From the NCBI GenBank assembly GCA_038087875.1, contig CM075988.1, positions 1,116,001 through 1,180,000 of the forward strand: a stretch of 64,000 nt of DNA, written 5' to 3'. A model generated the notes under the pieces. It ran no database searches, was not told the origin of the DNA, and worked only from the letters and a program-made list of their open reading frames with translations. The position numbers and the translations under genes are program-made. Source of the DNA: Malacoraja senta. Taxonomy: Eukaryota. This document shows, piece by piece, positions 12,925 to 24,769 of the stretch (within the stretch, counting starts at the first letter, position 1; every line of letters begins with the position of its first letter).

Positions 12925-15900
12925 ATAACCATATAACCATATAACAATTACAGCACGGAAACAGGCCATCTCGGCCCTTCTAGTCCGCGCCGAACACTTT
13001 TTCTCCCCTAGTCCCATCTACCTGCACTCAGACCATAACCCTCCATTCCTTTCCCGTCCAAATACCTATCCAATTTATTTTTAAATGATAAAATCGAACC
13101 TGCCTCCACCACTTCCACTGGAAGCTCATTCCACACAGCTACCACTCTCTGAGTAAAGAAGTTCCCCCTCATGTTACCCCTAAACCTCTGTCCCTTAATT
13201 CTCAAATCATGTCCTCTTGTTTGAATCTTCCCTACTCTCAATGGAAAAAGCTTATCCACGTCAACTCTCCACGCTTATCCACGTCTATCCCTCTCATCAT
13301 TTTAAAGACCTCTATCAAGTCCCCCCTTAACCTTCTGCGCTCCAAAGAATAAAGACCTAACTTGTTCAACCTTTCTCTGTAACTTAGTTGCTGAAACCCA
13401 GGCAACATTCTAGTAAATCTCCTCTGTACTCTCTCTATTTTGTTGACATCTTTCCTATAATTTGGCGACCAAAATTGTACACCATACTCCAGAATTGGCC
13501 TCACCAATGCCTTGTACAATTTTAACATTACATCCCAACTTCTATACTCAATGCTCTGATTTATAAAGGCCAGCACACCAAAAGCTTTCTTTACCACCCT
13601 ATGTACATGAGATTCCACCTTCAGGGAACTATGCACAGTTATTCCTAGATCCCTCTGTTCAACTGCATTCCTCAATTCGCTACCATTTACCATGTATGTC
13701 CTATTTTGATATGTCCTGCCAAGATGTAGCACCTCACACTTATCAGCATTAAACTCCATCTGCTACCTTTCAGCCCACTCTTCCAAATGGCCTAAATCTC
13801 TCTGTAGACTTTGAAAATCTACTTCATTATCCACAACACCATCTATCTTAGTATCATCTGCATACTTACTAATCCAATTTACCACACCATCATCTAGATC
13901 ATTGATGTATATGACAAACAACAGTGGACCCAACACAGATCCCTGAGGCACCCCACTAGTCACCGGCCTCCAACCTGACAAACAGCCATCCACCATTACT
14001 CTCTGGCATCTCCCATTCAGCCACTGTTGAATCCATCTTGCTACTCCACCATTAATACCCAACAATTGAACCTTCTTAACCAACCTTCCATCTGAAACCT
14101 TGTCAAAGGCCTTACTGAAGTCCATATAGACAACATCCACCGCTTTACCCTCATCAATTTCCCTAGTAACCTCTTCAAAAAATTCAAGAAGATTAGTCAA
14201 ACATGACCTTCCAGGCACAAATCCATGTTGACTGTTCCTAATCAGACCCTGTTTATCCAGATGCTTATATATATTATCTCTAAGTATCCTTTCCATTAAT
14301 TTGCCCACCACTGACGTCAAACTAACAGGTCTATAATTGCTAGATTTACTCTTAGAACTCTTTTTAAACAATGGAACAACATGCGCAGTACGCCAATCCT
14401 CCGGCACCATTCCCGTTTCTAATGACATTTGAAATATTTCTGTCATAGCCCCTACTATTTCTACACTAACTTCACTCAATGTCCTAGGGAATATCCTGTC
14501 AGGACCTGATGACTTATCCACTTTTATATTTTTCAAAAGTGTCCGTACTTCCTCTTCTTTGAATCTCATAGTTTCCATAGCTACCCTACTTGTTTCCCTT
14601 ACCTCACATAATTCAATATCCTTCTCCTTGGTGAATACCGAAGAAAAGAAATTGTTCAATATCTCCCCCATCTCTTTTGGCTCTGCAGATAGCTGTCCAC
14701 TCTGACTCTCTAATGGACCAATTTTATCTCTCGTTATCCTTTTGCTATTAATATAGCTGTAGAAACCCTTTGGATTTACTTTCACCTTACTTGCCAAAGC
14801 AACCTCATATCTTCTTTTTGCTTTTCTAATTTCTTTCTTAAGATTCTTTTTACATTCTTTATACTCCTCAAGCACCTCATTTACTCCATGCTGCATATAA
14901 ATATTGTAGATCTCTCTCTTTTTCCGAACCGTGTCCAATTTCCCTTGAAAACCATGGCTCTTTCCAATTATTACTCTTTCCTTTCAACCGAACAGGGACA
15001 TAAAGATTCTGTACTCTTAAAATGTCACCTCTAAATGTTCTCCATTTCTCTTCTACATCCTTCCCATAAAACAAAATGTCCCAATTCACTCCATTTAAAT
15101 CCTTTCTCATCTCCTCAAAGTTAGCCTTTCTCCAATAAAAAACCTCAACCCTTGGTCCAGTTCTGACCCTCTCCATAATTATATTGAAACTAATGGTATT
15201 GTTATCACTGGACCCGAAGTGCTCCCCAACACATACCTCCGCCTGTGACACAATGACCTGTCTCATTTCCTAACAGGAGGTCCAGCACTGCCCCTTCTCT
15301 AGTAGGTACCTCTATGTATTGCTGCATAAAACTATCCTGCACACATTTTACAAACTCCAAACCATCCAGCCCTTTTACAGAATGTGTTTCCCAGTCTATG
15401 TGTGGAAAATTGAAATCTCCCACAATCACTACCTTGTGCTTACTACAAATATCTGCTATCTCCTTACATATTTGCTCTTCCAATTCTCGCTCCCTATTAG
15501 GCGGTCTATAATACACCCCTATAAGTGTTGCTACACCTTTCCCATTTCTCAGTTCCACCCAAATAGCCTCCCTAGACGAGCCCTCTAATCTATCCTGCCA
15601 AAGCACTGCTGTAATATCTTCCCTGACAAGCAATGCAACACCCCCACCTCTTGCCCCTCCAATTCTATCACACCTGAAGCAATGAAATCCTGGAATATTT
15701 AGTTTCCAATCACAGCCATCCAACAACCATGTTTCACTAATCGCCACAACATCATACTTCCAGGTGTCAATCCAGGCTCTAAGCTCATCCACCTTTCTTA
15801 CAATGCTCCTAGCATTAAAATATACACATTTAAGAAACCCACCACCTCTTATTCTCTGTTTATTATTTTTTTCTTCTTTCTCCCCTACATGTTGGGTCTG

Positions 15901-16736
15901 AGTGCTTCCCTTCTCTGCCTCCTGCCTCACACACTGTCTATTAGCTTTCTCTATTTGAGTCCCTCCCCCCAACCGTTCCAGTTTAAAGTCTCCCCAGTAG
16001 CCTTTGCAAATCTCCCCGCCAGGATATTGGTCCCCCTCGGGTTCAAGTGCAACCCGTCCTTTATGTACAGGTCACACCTTCCCCAAAAGAGGTCCCAATG
16101 AACCACAAACTTGAATCCCTGCCCTCTGCACCAGTCCCTCAGCCACGCATTTATCCTCCACCTCACTCCATTCCTACTCTCACTGTCGCGTGGCACAGGC
16201 AGTAATCCCGAGATTGTTACCTCTGCGGTCCTTCTCCTTAACTCTCTTCCTAACTCCCTAAATTCTCCTTTCAGGACCTCTTCTCTTTTTCTACCTATGT
16301 CATTGGTACCTATATGTACCACGACCTCTGGCTCCTCTCCCTCGCATTTCAGTATATCCTGGACACGTTCAGACACATCCCAGACCCTGGCACCAGGGAG
16401 GCAAACTACCATCCGGGTCTCCTGACTGCGCCAACAGAATCGCGTATCTGACCCCCTAACTCTAGAGTCCCCTATTACTATTGCCCTCCTCTTCTTTTCC
16501 CTACCCTTCTGAGCAACAGGGCCGGTCTCTGTGTCGGAGGCCCGGCCGCTGTCGCTACCCCCAGGTAGGCTGTCCCCCCCAACAGTACTCAAACATGAGT
16601 ACTTATTTCCAAGGTGTACAGCCACCAGGGTACTCTCTAGTCCCTGCCTCTGCCCCTTGCCCTTCCTAACCGTGACCCACATGTCCACCTCCCGTGGTCT
16701 TGTAGTGACCACCTCTCTATAACTGACCACCTCTCT
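12925..16736 (-). mobile_element. Near full-length CR1 LINE (family B) with ORF1 esterase and frameshifted ORF2 (APE endonuclease plus RT)
   Basis: (ATATGGTT)n tail. ORF1 15951-16730 has SGNH/GDSL motifs (VIGDS, HIGTND, DGLHLN). EN in 15205-15972 (FNARS, SETW, YRPP, GDFN); RT in 13763-14938 ([14 protein letters not shown]). 7-bp TSD ATACCAT at 12918-12924 and 16737-16743. Confidence 0.95.
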
Positions 16737-17510
16737 ATACCATTCAGATAATAATCTGCCTTCCTGCTCTTGCCACCAAAGTTGATAACCTCACATTTAT
16801 CCACATTATACTGCATCTGCCCACTCACCCAACCTGTCCATGTCACCCTGCATCCTCATAGCAACCACTTCACAGTTCACACTGCCACCCAGCTTTGAGT
16901 TATCAGCAAATTAGCTAATTTTACTTTTAATTCCTTCATCTAAATCATTAATATATATTGTAAATAGCTGTGGTCCCAGCACCAAGCCTTGCAGCACTCC
17001 ACCAGTCACTGCCTGCCATTTTGAAAGTGACCCGTTAATCCCTACTCTTTGTTTCCTGTCTCCCAACCAATTTTCTATCCATGTCAATACTCTACCCCCA
17101 ATACAATGTGCTCTCATTTTGCCCACTAATCTCCTGTGTGGGACCTTATCAAAGGCGTTCTGAAAGTCCAGGTACACTACATCCACTGGCTTTCCCTTGT
17201 CCATTTTACTTGCTACATCCTCAAAAAATTCCAGAAGATTTGTCAAGCATGATTTCCCCTTCGTAAATCCGTGCTGATTTGGACCGGTCCTGTTACTGCT
17301 ATACAAATATTACATCTTTAATAATCAACTCCAGCATCTTCCCCACCACTGATGTTAGGCTAACTGGTCTATAATTCCCTGTTTTCTCTCTCCTGCCTTT
17401 CTTAAAAAGTGGGATAACATTAGCTACTCTCCAATCCACAGGAACTGATCCTGAATCTATAGAACATTGGAAAATGATCACCAATGCATCCACGATTTTT
17501 AGAGCCACCC
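16737..17510 (-). mobile_element. CR1 (family A-like) RT fragment that hosts the 12925-16736 insertion; its 3' continuation is at ~12860-12924
   Basis: ORF 16911-17306 (QHGFTKGKSCLTNL...YLDFQNAFDKVPH). The sequence rejoins across the ATACCAT TSD. Confidence 0.9.
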
Positions 17511-17602
17511 CATTTGAGGAATTTAGAGGAATGAGAGGGGTCTTGATGAAAAATAAGTTCCGGACAGGACTGAACAGAAAAGATACAGAAGGAGGGTTTC
17601 GG

Positions 17603-17792
17603 ATGGTGGGGTCGGGTGGGGATGGGGGTGGGGTGGGGTTGGGGGTGAGGTCAGGGTGGGGGTGGGGTGGGGTGAGGGTGGGGTGGGGTGGGGTTGGGGT
17701 GGGGGTCGGGTTGGGGTGGGGGTCGGGGTGGGGTGGGGTGGAGGTAGGGGTGGGGTGGTGGTGGTGAGGTGTGGGGGGGGGGCGGGGGGGTG
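17603..17792 (+). repeat. G-rich low-complexity (GGGGT)n-like tract with G-quadruplex potential
   Basis: Dense GGG/GGGG runs separated by 1-3 nt over ~190 bp. Confidence 0.85.
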
Positions 17793-17911
17793 GTTGAAGC
17801 AGATGCATTAGTAGCATTTAAAGGACTTTTCGATTGGCACGTGAATATACAAAGGAATGGAGGGATATGGATCACATGCAGGTAGATAAGTGATGGTCTT
17901 GGCATCATGTT

Positions 17912-18036
17912 AAAGAAGGAACTGCAGATGCTGGAAAATCGAAGGTACACAAAATGCTGGAGAAACTCAGCGGGTGCAGCAGCATCTATGGAGCGAAGGA
18001 AATAGGTAACGTTTCGGGCCGAAACCCTTCTTCAGA
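17912..18036 (-). mobile_element. Short Penelope-derived element carrying a minimal hammerhead ribozyme at its 5' end
   Basis: 14-bp TSD CTTGGCATCATGTT at 17898-17911 and 18037-18050. The minus strand starts (g)tCTGAAGAaGGGTttcgGCCCGAAAcgTTac. Nearly identical to 38176-38267. Confidence 0.8.
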
Positions 18037-18114
18037 CTTGGCATCATGTTCAGTGCAGACATTGTGGGCTGAAGGGCCTCTTCTGCTGTACGTTTCTAAG
18101 TTCCATATTACCCA

Positions 18115-18408
18115 AATTTAGTTTAGTTTAGTTTAGCGATACAACGCAGAAACAGGCCATTCGGCCCACCGAGTCTGCACCAACCAGCAATCTCCGCTAG
18201 TTAACACTATCCTACACACACTAGGGACAAATTTACAATTTTACCAAAGCCAATTAGACGACATACCTGTACACCTTTGGAGTGTGGGAGGAAACGGGAG
18301 AGCCCGGCGAAACCCACGCAGGTCACAGGGAGAACGTACAAGCTCCCTATAGACCGCAGCAGTAGTCAGGATCGAAACGGGGTCTCTGCCGCTGCAAGGC
18401 AGCATCTA
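18115..18408 (-). mobile_element. tRNA-derived SINE (HE1/V-SINE-like) with CR1-like 3' end
   Basis: (CTAAA)n tail, B-box-like GTTTCGATCC on the minus strand, and the conserved core (gtttctccggg...cctcccaca type) shared with 50128-50450 and 52720-53000. Confidence 0.75.
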
Positions 18409-19169
18409 CAAGTATGTGTAGGTGTGGGTCTAATATATAATATTTTCAATATGAGTTATGTGTAAACAAGCAAGGAGTTGGTGTCATTTTAAGGTATGAT
18501 TATCACAAATGTTCTGTACACTGCCACCCTGCCAGGCAATGCCTCCCTGACCCCCATCTCTCATCCTCTTTTTCATTTTTTTCCTGTCTCATGCCTGTCT
18601 TCTGCTGCACCACCATGCTGCCCGGAGATCAGCAATAACATTTACTCTCATGGAATTTGTGTGTCAGTTTTAATTTAATTTCCAGCCCACATTTGTCGCA
18701 TGCAGAGATCATGTGGCTTCACAGAACGGAAAGTCACCACACGGAGGGTTTTGTGGGAATGCAGTCCAGGCTTACATATATATCGTATTTATATCTTTTA
18801 TATATCGTAATTCGTAGAAATTGTGATCCATAATAAAGCGGGGAAATTGAACTGGCAGGTGAGTGGTCTGGGTAACTTGATTAAAATAGGGGGCAAGGGA
18901 AGACCCATCAATACTGTGCTGTCTGCACGGTGGAGGTTGTGGGCCTCGTCCTGCGCCTTGAACTCTGGTGAGGTGACCGCTCTGGCCCGCTGGTGGCCGG
19001 TGAAGATGCGAGGGTCGGCAGAGTCACTGGTGGAGGCCCGTGAGGAGCTGGAGTTGCAGAGCTGCCAACTCTCATGCATTGAGCGTGAGACTCACGCATT
19101 TCGCCCAATTCTCACGCTCTCACGCTGATCACAGAATTTCTCATGCTCTGTCGTGAGAAATTCTGTGAT

Positions 19170-20110
19170 CAACATAGAAACATAGAAAATAAGTGCAGGC
19201 GTAGGCCATTCGGCCCTTCGAGCCTGCACCGCCTTTCAATATGATCATCCAACTCAGTATCCTGTACCTGCTTTCTCTCCATGCCCCCTGATCCCTTTAA
19301 CTCCCTCTTAAATATAGCCAATGAACTGGCCTCAACTACATTCTGTGGCAGAGAATTCCAGAGATTCACCACTCTCTGTGTAAAGAATGTTTTTCTCATC
19401 TCAGTCCTAAAAGATTTCCCCTTTATCTTTAAACTGTGACCACTTGTTCTGGACTTCCCCAACATCAGGAACAGTCTTCCTGCATCTAGCCTGTCCAACC
19501 CCTTAAGAATTTTGTAAGTTTCTATAAGATCCCCCTCAATCTTCTAAATTCTAGCGAGTACAAGCCGAGTCTATCCAGTCTTTCTTCATATGAAAGTCCT
19601 GACATCCCAGGAATCAGTCTGGTGAACCTTCTCTGTACTCCCTCTATGGCAAGAATGTCCTTCCTCAGATTAGGAGACCAAAACTGTACGCAATACTCCA
19701 GGTGTGGTCTCACCAAGACCCTGTACAACTGCAGTAGAACCTCCCTGCTCCTATACTCAAATCCTTTTGCTATGAATGCTAACACACCATTCGCTTTCCT
19801 CACTGCCTGCTGCACCTGCATGCCTACTTTCAATGACTGGTGTACCATGACACCCAGGTCTCATTGCATCTCCCCTTTTCCTAATCGGCCACCATTCAGG
19901 TAATAGTCTACTTTCCTGTTTTTGCCACCAAAGTGGATAACCTCACATTTATCCACATTATGCTGCATCTGCCATGCATTTGCCCACTCACCCAGCCTAT
20001 CCAAGTCATCTTGCAGCCTCCTAGCACCCTCCTCACAGCTAACACTGCCCCTCAGCTTCGTGTCATCCGCAAACTTGGAGATGTTGCATTCAATTCCCTC
20101 GTCCAAATCA
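19170..20110 (-). mobile_element. CR1 LINE (family A) 3' fragment
   Basis: Tail aacatagaaacatagaaa. ORFs 19861-20106 (KFADDTKL) and 19522-19848. Confidence 0.95.
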
Positions 20111-20521
20111 ATGAGAATTTCAAAACTAATATCAACTGTATGGGCCGGGGGTGTTGGAGAGTTGGGGCAGAGGGAGAGATGGAAGCAGAAGCAGCGGCGG
20201 GGGCAGATGCGTACAGGGAGCCGGGGCTGGCGAGTGTTTGCTGGGCTGGCGAGTCGCTTGCTGCAGCTCCGGCCATGGAGCAGCCTCAGTGCAAGAGTCC
20301 CGGGCAGTCAGAAACGTTGCGCCGCTGCCGTGAGAGTATCTGTGACAAATTCGCCCTGGTGACCGGCATGGACCAGGCTTTGGCGGTGCATCCTGGAGGA
20401 CAATCAGTGGCTGCTGGAAGTAGGTACCAAGCACTGGGTAGAACCGGTAGAAGATAGTGGCCTTCAAAAGGGGATGGTTGGCGAAAGCATCCTGCTTGCC
20501 TGCTAGACTTTCACTTACTGT

Positions 20522-20868
20522 AACTGCAGGAAAAATGTTCCCGATGTTGGGGGAGTTCAGAACCAGGGGACACACAGTTTAAGAATAAGGGGTAGGCCAG
20601 TTAGGACTGAGATGAGGACAAACTTTCTTCACCCAGTGAGTTGTGAATGTGGAATTCTCTGCCACAGAAGGCAGTGGAGGCCAAATCACTGGATGTTTTC
20701 AAGAGAGAGTTACATTTAGCTCTTGGGGCTAGCAAAATCAAGGGATATGGGGAAAAAAAAGGAAAGAGGTACTGATTTTAGATGAACATATGATCATATT
20801 GAATGGCAGTGCTGGCTCGAAGGGTCGAATGGCCTATTCCTGCACCAATTTTCTATGTTTCTATGTTT
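20522..20868 (+). mobile_element. CR1 LINE 3' end
   Basis: gcaggaaaaatgttcccgatg ... ttttctatgtttctatgttt tail. Confidence 0.9.
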
Positions 20869-21839
20869 GAGTATTTGGCAATGAAACTCGACCACTTGAT
20901 TTTGAAGCATTCATGCATGGTGGAGGTATAATGTACCTCTTAAAAATACTTAATACAAAAAACATTGAAATCATACTTCTACAATGCACTAAAACATGAT
21001 TCTAATACATCAAATTTCATAAATCCCCTCGGTCACCCTCCTCCCACATGCTCTCACCACTTGGTCGCTCCACTCCCTCGCCGGGAACTCCCAAGGCCAG
21101 TGATCAGTGATCGCTCAGGCTCCCCACTTTCAAAAATGCTCCGTGGCCCCTGGAACTTCAGACGGAGAGCACTGGCAGATGTAAGCGGGGAACTGAGGTC
21201 AGTTGTCCGTAATACCTGGATCCCAATGTTCAGCGCTTCGTGTTTCTGAGTTGGCTAATGTTATTGATTTGTAATTAGCCCGATTTGTAATTAGTTGACA
21301 AAACCTTAATTTATTAATCTGGAATATCCAGGGGGATGGGATAAGTGTAATATTAAAATGACATGCAAATAACCCATTATTTCCTTCAGTTAAATATTGG
21401 GAAGGTAGCATTATTGTTATTTGCCTCTCAACTATTATGTTTGTTGACCTCACTGACTATTTCTAAACCCCCCCCCCCCTAATTCCTTTGACAGGTTGAA
21501 TTGAAATGTCCCCAATCTCGTTGTTTTATTAATTGAACACGTAGAGGAAAATCCTCAAGGAGTGTAATCAGATGGAAACTGATTCAGATGCGATGTTTAA
21601 GAGCTTATTCAAAGAAAGGGCATATTTTAAAGGAGTGACAAAGATACTTGCAGGGGAATGTGTGAGGAGGTTATTATCTGACTTTAGTTTTAGCTTGAAC
21701 CAGGAGTTCTGAAGATTCAAAGTTTAATATAGTAATTGTGCTGATACTGACGCCAACCAACCAATTAATGAATATCATCCATTCCATTATTTTTCTGATG
21801 CCATTTAAACCACTTGAATTTCAATCATTCCAATGTAAA

Positions 21840-22360
21840 AGTAATTGGGAATGGGGAGCATTGGAACAAAAATTTGCCCTCGATACATATTAACTGTAAT
21901 ATAATAATGTATGCATGTTGGTAGGAGCAATCAAAACAAAGATTTTTTCATCATTGTTGTGTTATGAATACCACAGAAAATATTATGTACTAGCAAGATC
22001 ACATTAAATAGAATATTATTGCTTAAATATATATTGATATAGGCATTTCGGAAATGTCCCAGCTGAGAGGAAGACAGCAAAACGCTGAAAATATTGGAGG
22101 TGAAAATGACTTCAGGACAGTTTGTTAGGAAAATGAATGAAATGGTAACAGAATACTTATACAGCTGAGTGAGTATACTTTTATGGATGAGAAATTGTGT
22201 TCAACCAATTGATGACTTCTTTGACAAAGTAACTGGCATGTTGGATAACAAAGAAGCCAATGGATGTAGCAAATTTTGTTATACAAAATTTAGTCTGTGA
22301 AGTGCCCCATAAAAGATTACCGCATTAGATGAGCACCTGTGGACTTGGGACTAGGTTAAA
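21840..22360 (+). mobile_element. Ancient, highly degenerate CR1 RT fragment
   Basis: Recognisable remnants of the NYRPVSL, TNLIEFF-EVT, MDV and KVPH-RL coding sequence (e.g. gaagtgccccataaaagatta). Confidence 0.55.
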
Positions 22361-22889
22361 TCCAGGGGGTCAGATATGGGGCTTTATGTGTGGGCCAGAT
22401 ATATTATCAGTGCAGAGGGGCTAGGAGCAAGGCCAAGTGTGCATCCAGAGTCAAGGTCTGGACTAGTGTGCAGTAAAAGCTGGGACAATGGGAGTGTTCA
22501 GCACTGGGAACCTAAGCAGGTAAGCAGCTATGATCAGGGTAGAATAGGGGGCCAGGTGTAAGGCTGGATTCAGGGTCAGGAATGAGAGGTATGCAACTGG
22601 AGTCAGGGTCGTACTAGGTGCGCAGTGAGACCCAGGTTGGTCAACAAGGGCCAAGTGCTTGATTATAATCTGATTTCCATACATGAATACATTGAGATCA
22701 TTCATGTGCTGCACCTGTTGATCAGAGCCTGCCTCTACTGTGGAATGTAATTTAGCCCAACCTTATTCATAGCAAATTCAAATTAAAGCATAAATATTGC
22801 ATTCAAGTGTGTTAAAAGACTCACTACAGTATACAATACAATAGATGTATAGATAGACTCGATACAGTATACAATACAATAGATGTATT

Positions 22890-23103
22890 TTTATCAATCA
22901 TGCACCAGATTGCACAATTTCAAGGTGAAAAATGCAAAAGCTCCGTACCAATGGGAGGGGGGACACCCCGCTCCCACACCCCACACCCCACTCCCACACA
23001 CCCCACCCCCCCCCCCCCCCCCCACCACCAGTCACTACCCTCCCTCGGGCTTGGTCTCTCGCAATTTCTCACTCCCAACTCTCACCTAATGTTGGCAGCC
23101 CTG
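22890..23103. mobile_element. hAT-like MITE end
   Basis: Ends in GTTGGCAGCCCTG, the reverse complement of the CAG(A/G)GCTGCCAAC terminus seen at 19057. Confidence 0.55.
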
Positions 23104-23235
23104 GAGTAGAGATACGGGCAGCAGCATTGGTGGCTTTGTGAAGATAGTGAAGGTCGGCGACAGTGGCTGCGGTTGCCCCACCCGGGGAGGTGGTGAGAGT
23201 CAGCAGCCGCTACTGTTTCAGTGGTCCGGGCCTGG

Positions 23236-23826
23236 GTTTATGTGTGAGTGGGTGAGGGAGTGCGTGTGGGTGGGTTGGTCAGTGGGTGTGGGTGGGTCAG
23301 TGGGTGTGGGTGGGTGTGGGTGTGTGTGCGTGGGTGTGTGTGAGTGGGTGTGGGTGGGTGTGAGTGAGTCGATGTGGGTGTGTGTGTGAGTGAGTGTGTG
23401 TGAGTGGGGGTGAGTGGGTGGGTGTGAGTGTGTGTGTGTGTGTGGGTGGGTGGGTGTGTGTGGGTGTGTGTGTGGGTGTGGGTGTGTGTGAGTGGGTGTG
23501 TGAGTGTGTGTGAGTGGGTGTATGTGAGTGTGTGTGTGAGTGGGTGTGTGTGAGTGGGGGTGAGTGGGTGGGTGTGAGTGGGTGTGTGTGTGTGGGTGTG
23601 GGTGTGTGTGAGTGGGTGTATGTGAGTGTGTGTGTGAGTGGGTGTGTGTGAGTGTGTGTGGGTGGGTGGGTGTGTGTGGGTGTGTGAGTGTGTGTGAGTG
23701 GGTGTGTGTGAGTGGGTGTGTGAGTGGGTGTGAGTGGGTGTGTGTGAGTGTGTGTGTGAGTGGGTGTGTGTGTGTGTGGGTGGGTGTATTTGAGTGAGTG
23801 TGTGTCTGAGTGTGTGTGTTAGTGGG
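23236..23826. repeat. Compound (GT)n/GTGA/GTGG microsatellite
   Basis: About 590 bp made almost entirely of GT, GTGA and GTGG units. Confidence 0.95.
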
Positions 23827-23829
23827 AGG

Positions 23830-24385
23830 GTGAATTTTGTAAATGCACAATTAAAGCCATTAGACCTGTTGAACTTGTTAACAGAGTCTAGACTTGGTGA
23901 CCTGTTTCCAAATGTTTGTGTTATCTCAAAGGGCCTGTCCCACTTTCACGACCTAATTCACAACCTCTGCTGAGTTTGCCCTTGACTCATATTCACAGCA
24001 TGGTCGTCACGAGGTTGTAGGAGGTCATAGGAGGTCGCAGGAGGTCATAGCAGGCCGTGATGCTAGTCGTTGGCACTCGTGGAATCAAGTAGGTCGGTGC
24101 GTTTTTTCAACACGATGAAAAATGTCCACGAGTAAAAAAGGTCGTGAATTAGGTCGTGAAAGTGGGACAGGTCCTTAAGAATACTATTAACAATTCCAGC
24201 AACAGAGAGGTACTTTAGCAAACTCAAGCTGATTAAGAATTATTTAAGGTCGACAATGTCTCAGGAACGTCTTGTGGATTTGGCCAGGGTAAAGTATTGA
24301 ATCAAACATTGCCAGAACAATACATTTTCATGCTGTGATTCGAAAATGTTCACAAAAAAAGGTCAGGAAAGCTCTTTATTTAACA
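23830..24385 (+). pseudogene. hAT transposase C-terminal dimerisation-domain remnant, split by a MITE
   Basis: Translates as ...LGDLFPNVCVI(L)|RILLTIPA-TERYFSKLKLIKNYLRSTMSQERLVDLA..., the ERxFSxL motif of hAT transposases. Confidence 0.85.
23930..24175. mobile_element. PIF/Harbinger-type MITE
   Basis: ~31-bp TIRs (AGGGCCTGTCCCACTTTCACGACCTAATTCA / TGAATTAGGTCGTGAAAGTGGGACAGGTCCT). 3-bp TSD (c/t)AA at 23927-23929 and 24176-24178. Removing it restores the hAT frame. Confidence 0.85.
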
Positions 24386-24769
24386 TAAATACGAAGCCTA
24401 TTTACCTTATTTTACTAATAATTATGTCTTTTGATGATCTGATCTGCATTGAAATATAAAAGGATGTTTCAATGTGAATTCTTTCTCCATATCTGTATTG
24501 TAGCAGAAACAGAGATGTTCAAAACAAATGTACTTTCTTCTCTTTTATTTTATTTATTTATATTTATCATGGAGGGAGTATAGGGGCATAAGGCCTCAAA
24601 TGCAGAAAATCAACAGAGCGCTCCATCCCACCCATCTCTCATCTTCCATACCCCTTTTTGCCTTACAGCTCGTGGCATAAAACCGTAGTGGGTAAAAACA
24701 GGATGACTAATGGAGAAGAGAAGGGGGCCCGAAAGAAAGTTTGTACCCACTGATAAAATTCCTTTCAGA

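Larger units (their letters stand above)
19057..21150. mobile_element. hAT-like non-autonomous DNA transposon remnants, interrupted by two CR1 copies
   Basis: Begins CAGAGCTGCCAAC, has an internal palindrome tgatcacagaatttctca...tgagaaattctgtgatca at ~19126-19171, and ends ...ggcccctg at ~21152. No TSD found, so it may be more than one element. Confidence 0.5.

Noticed and set aside
17299..17950. Pro/His-rich ORFs fused to RT-like sequence
   Set aside because: Chance read-through of the G/C-rich tract into a CR1 fragment.
19057..23103. One 4-kb hAT element capturing host DNA between matching TIRs
   Set aside because: No 8-bp TSD (tggagttg versus gagtagag), and the interior contains much older CR1 decay; more likely separate partial copies.
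23218..23850. 210-aa His/Thr-rich ORF
   Set aside because: Translation of a (CA)-type microsatellite; no splice or domain evidence.
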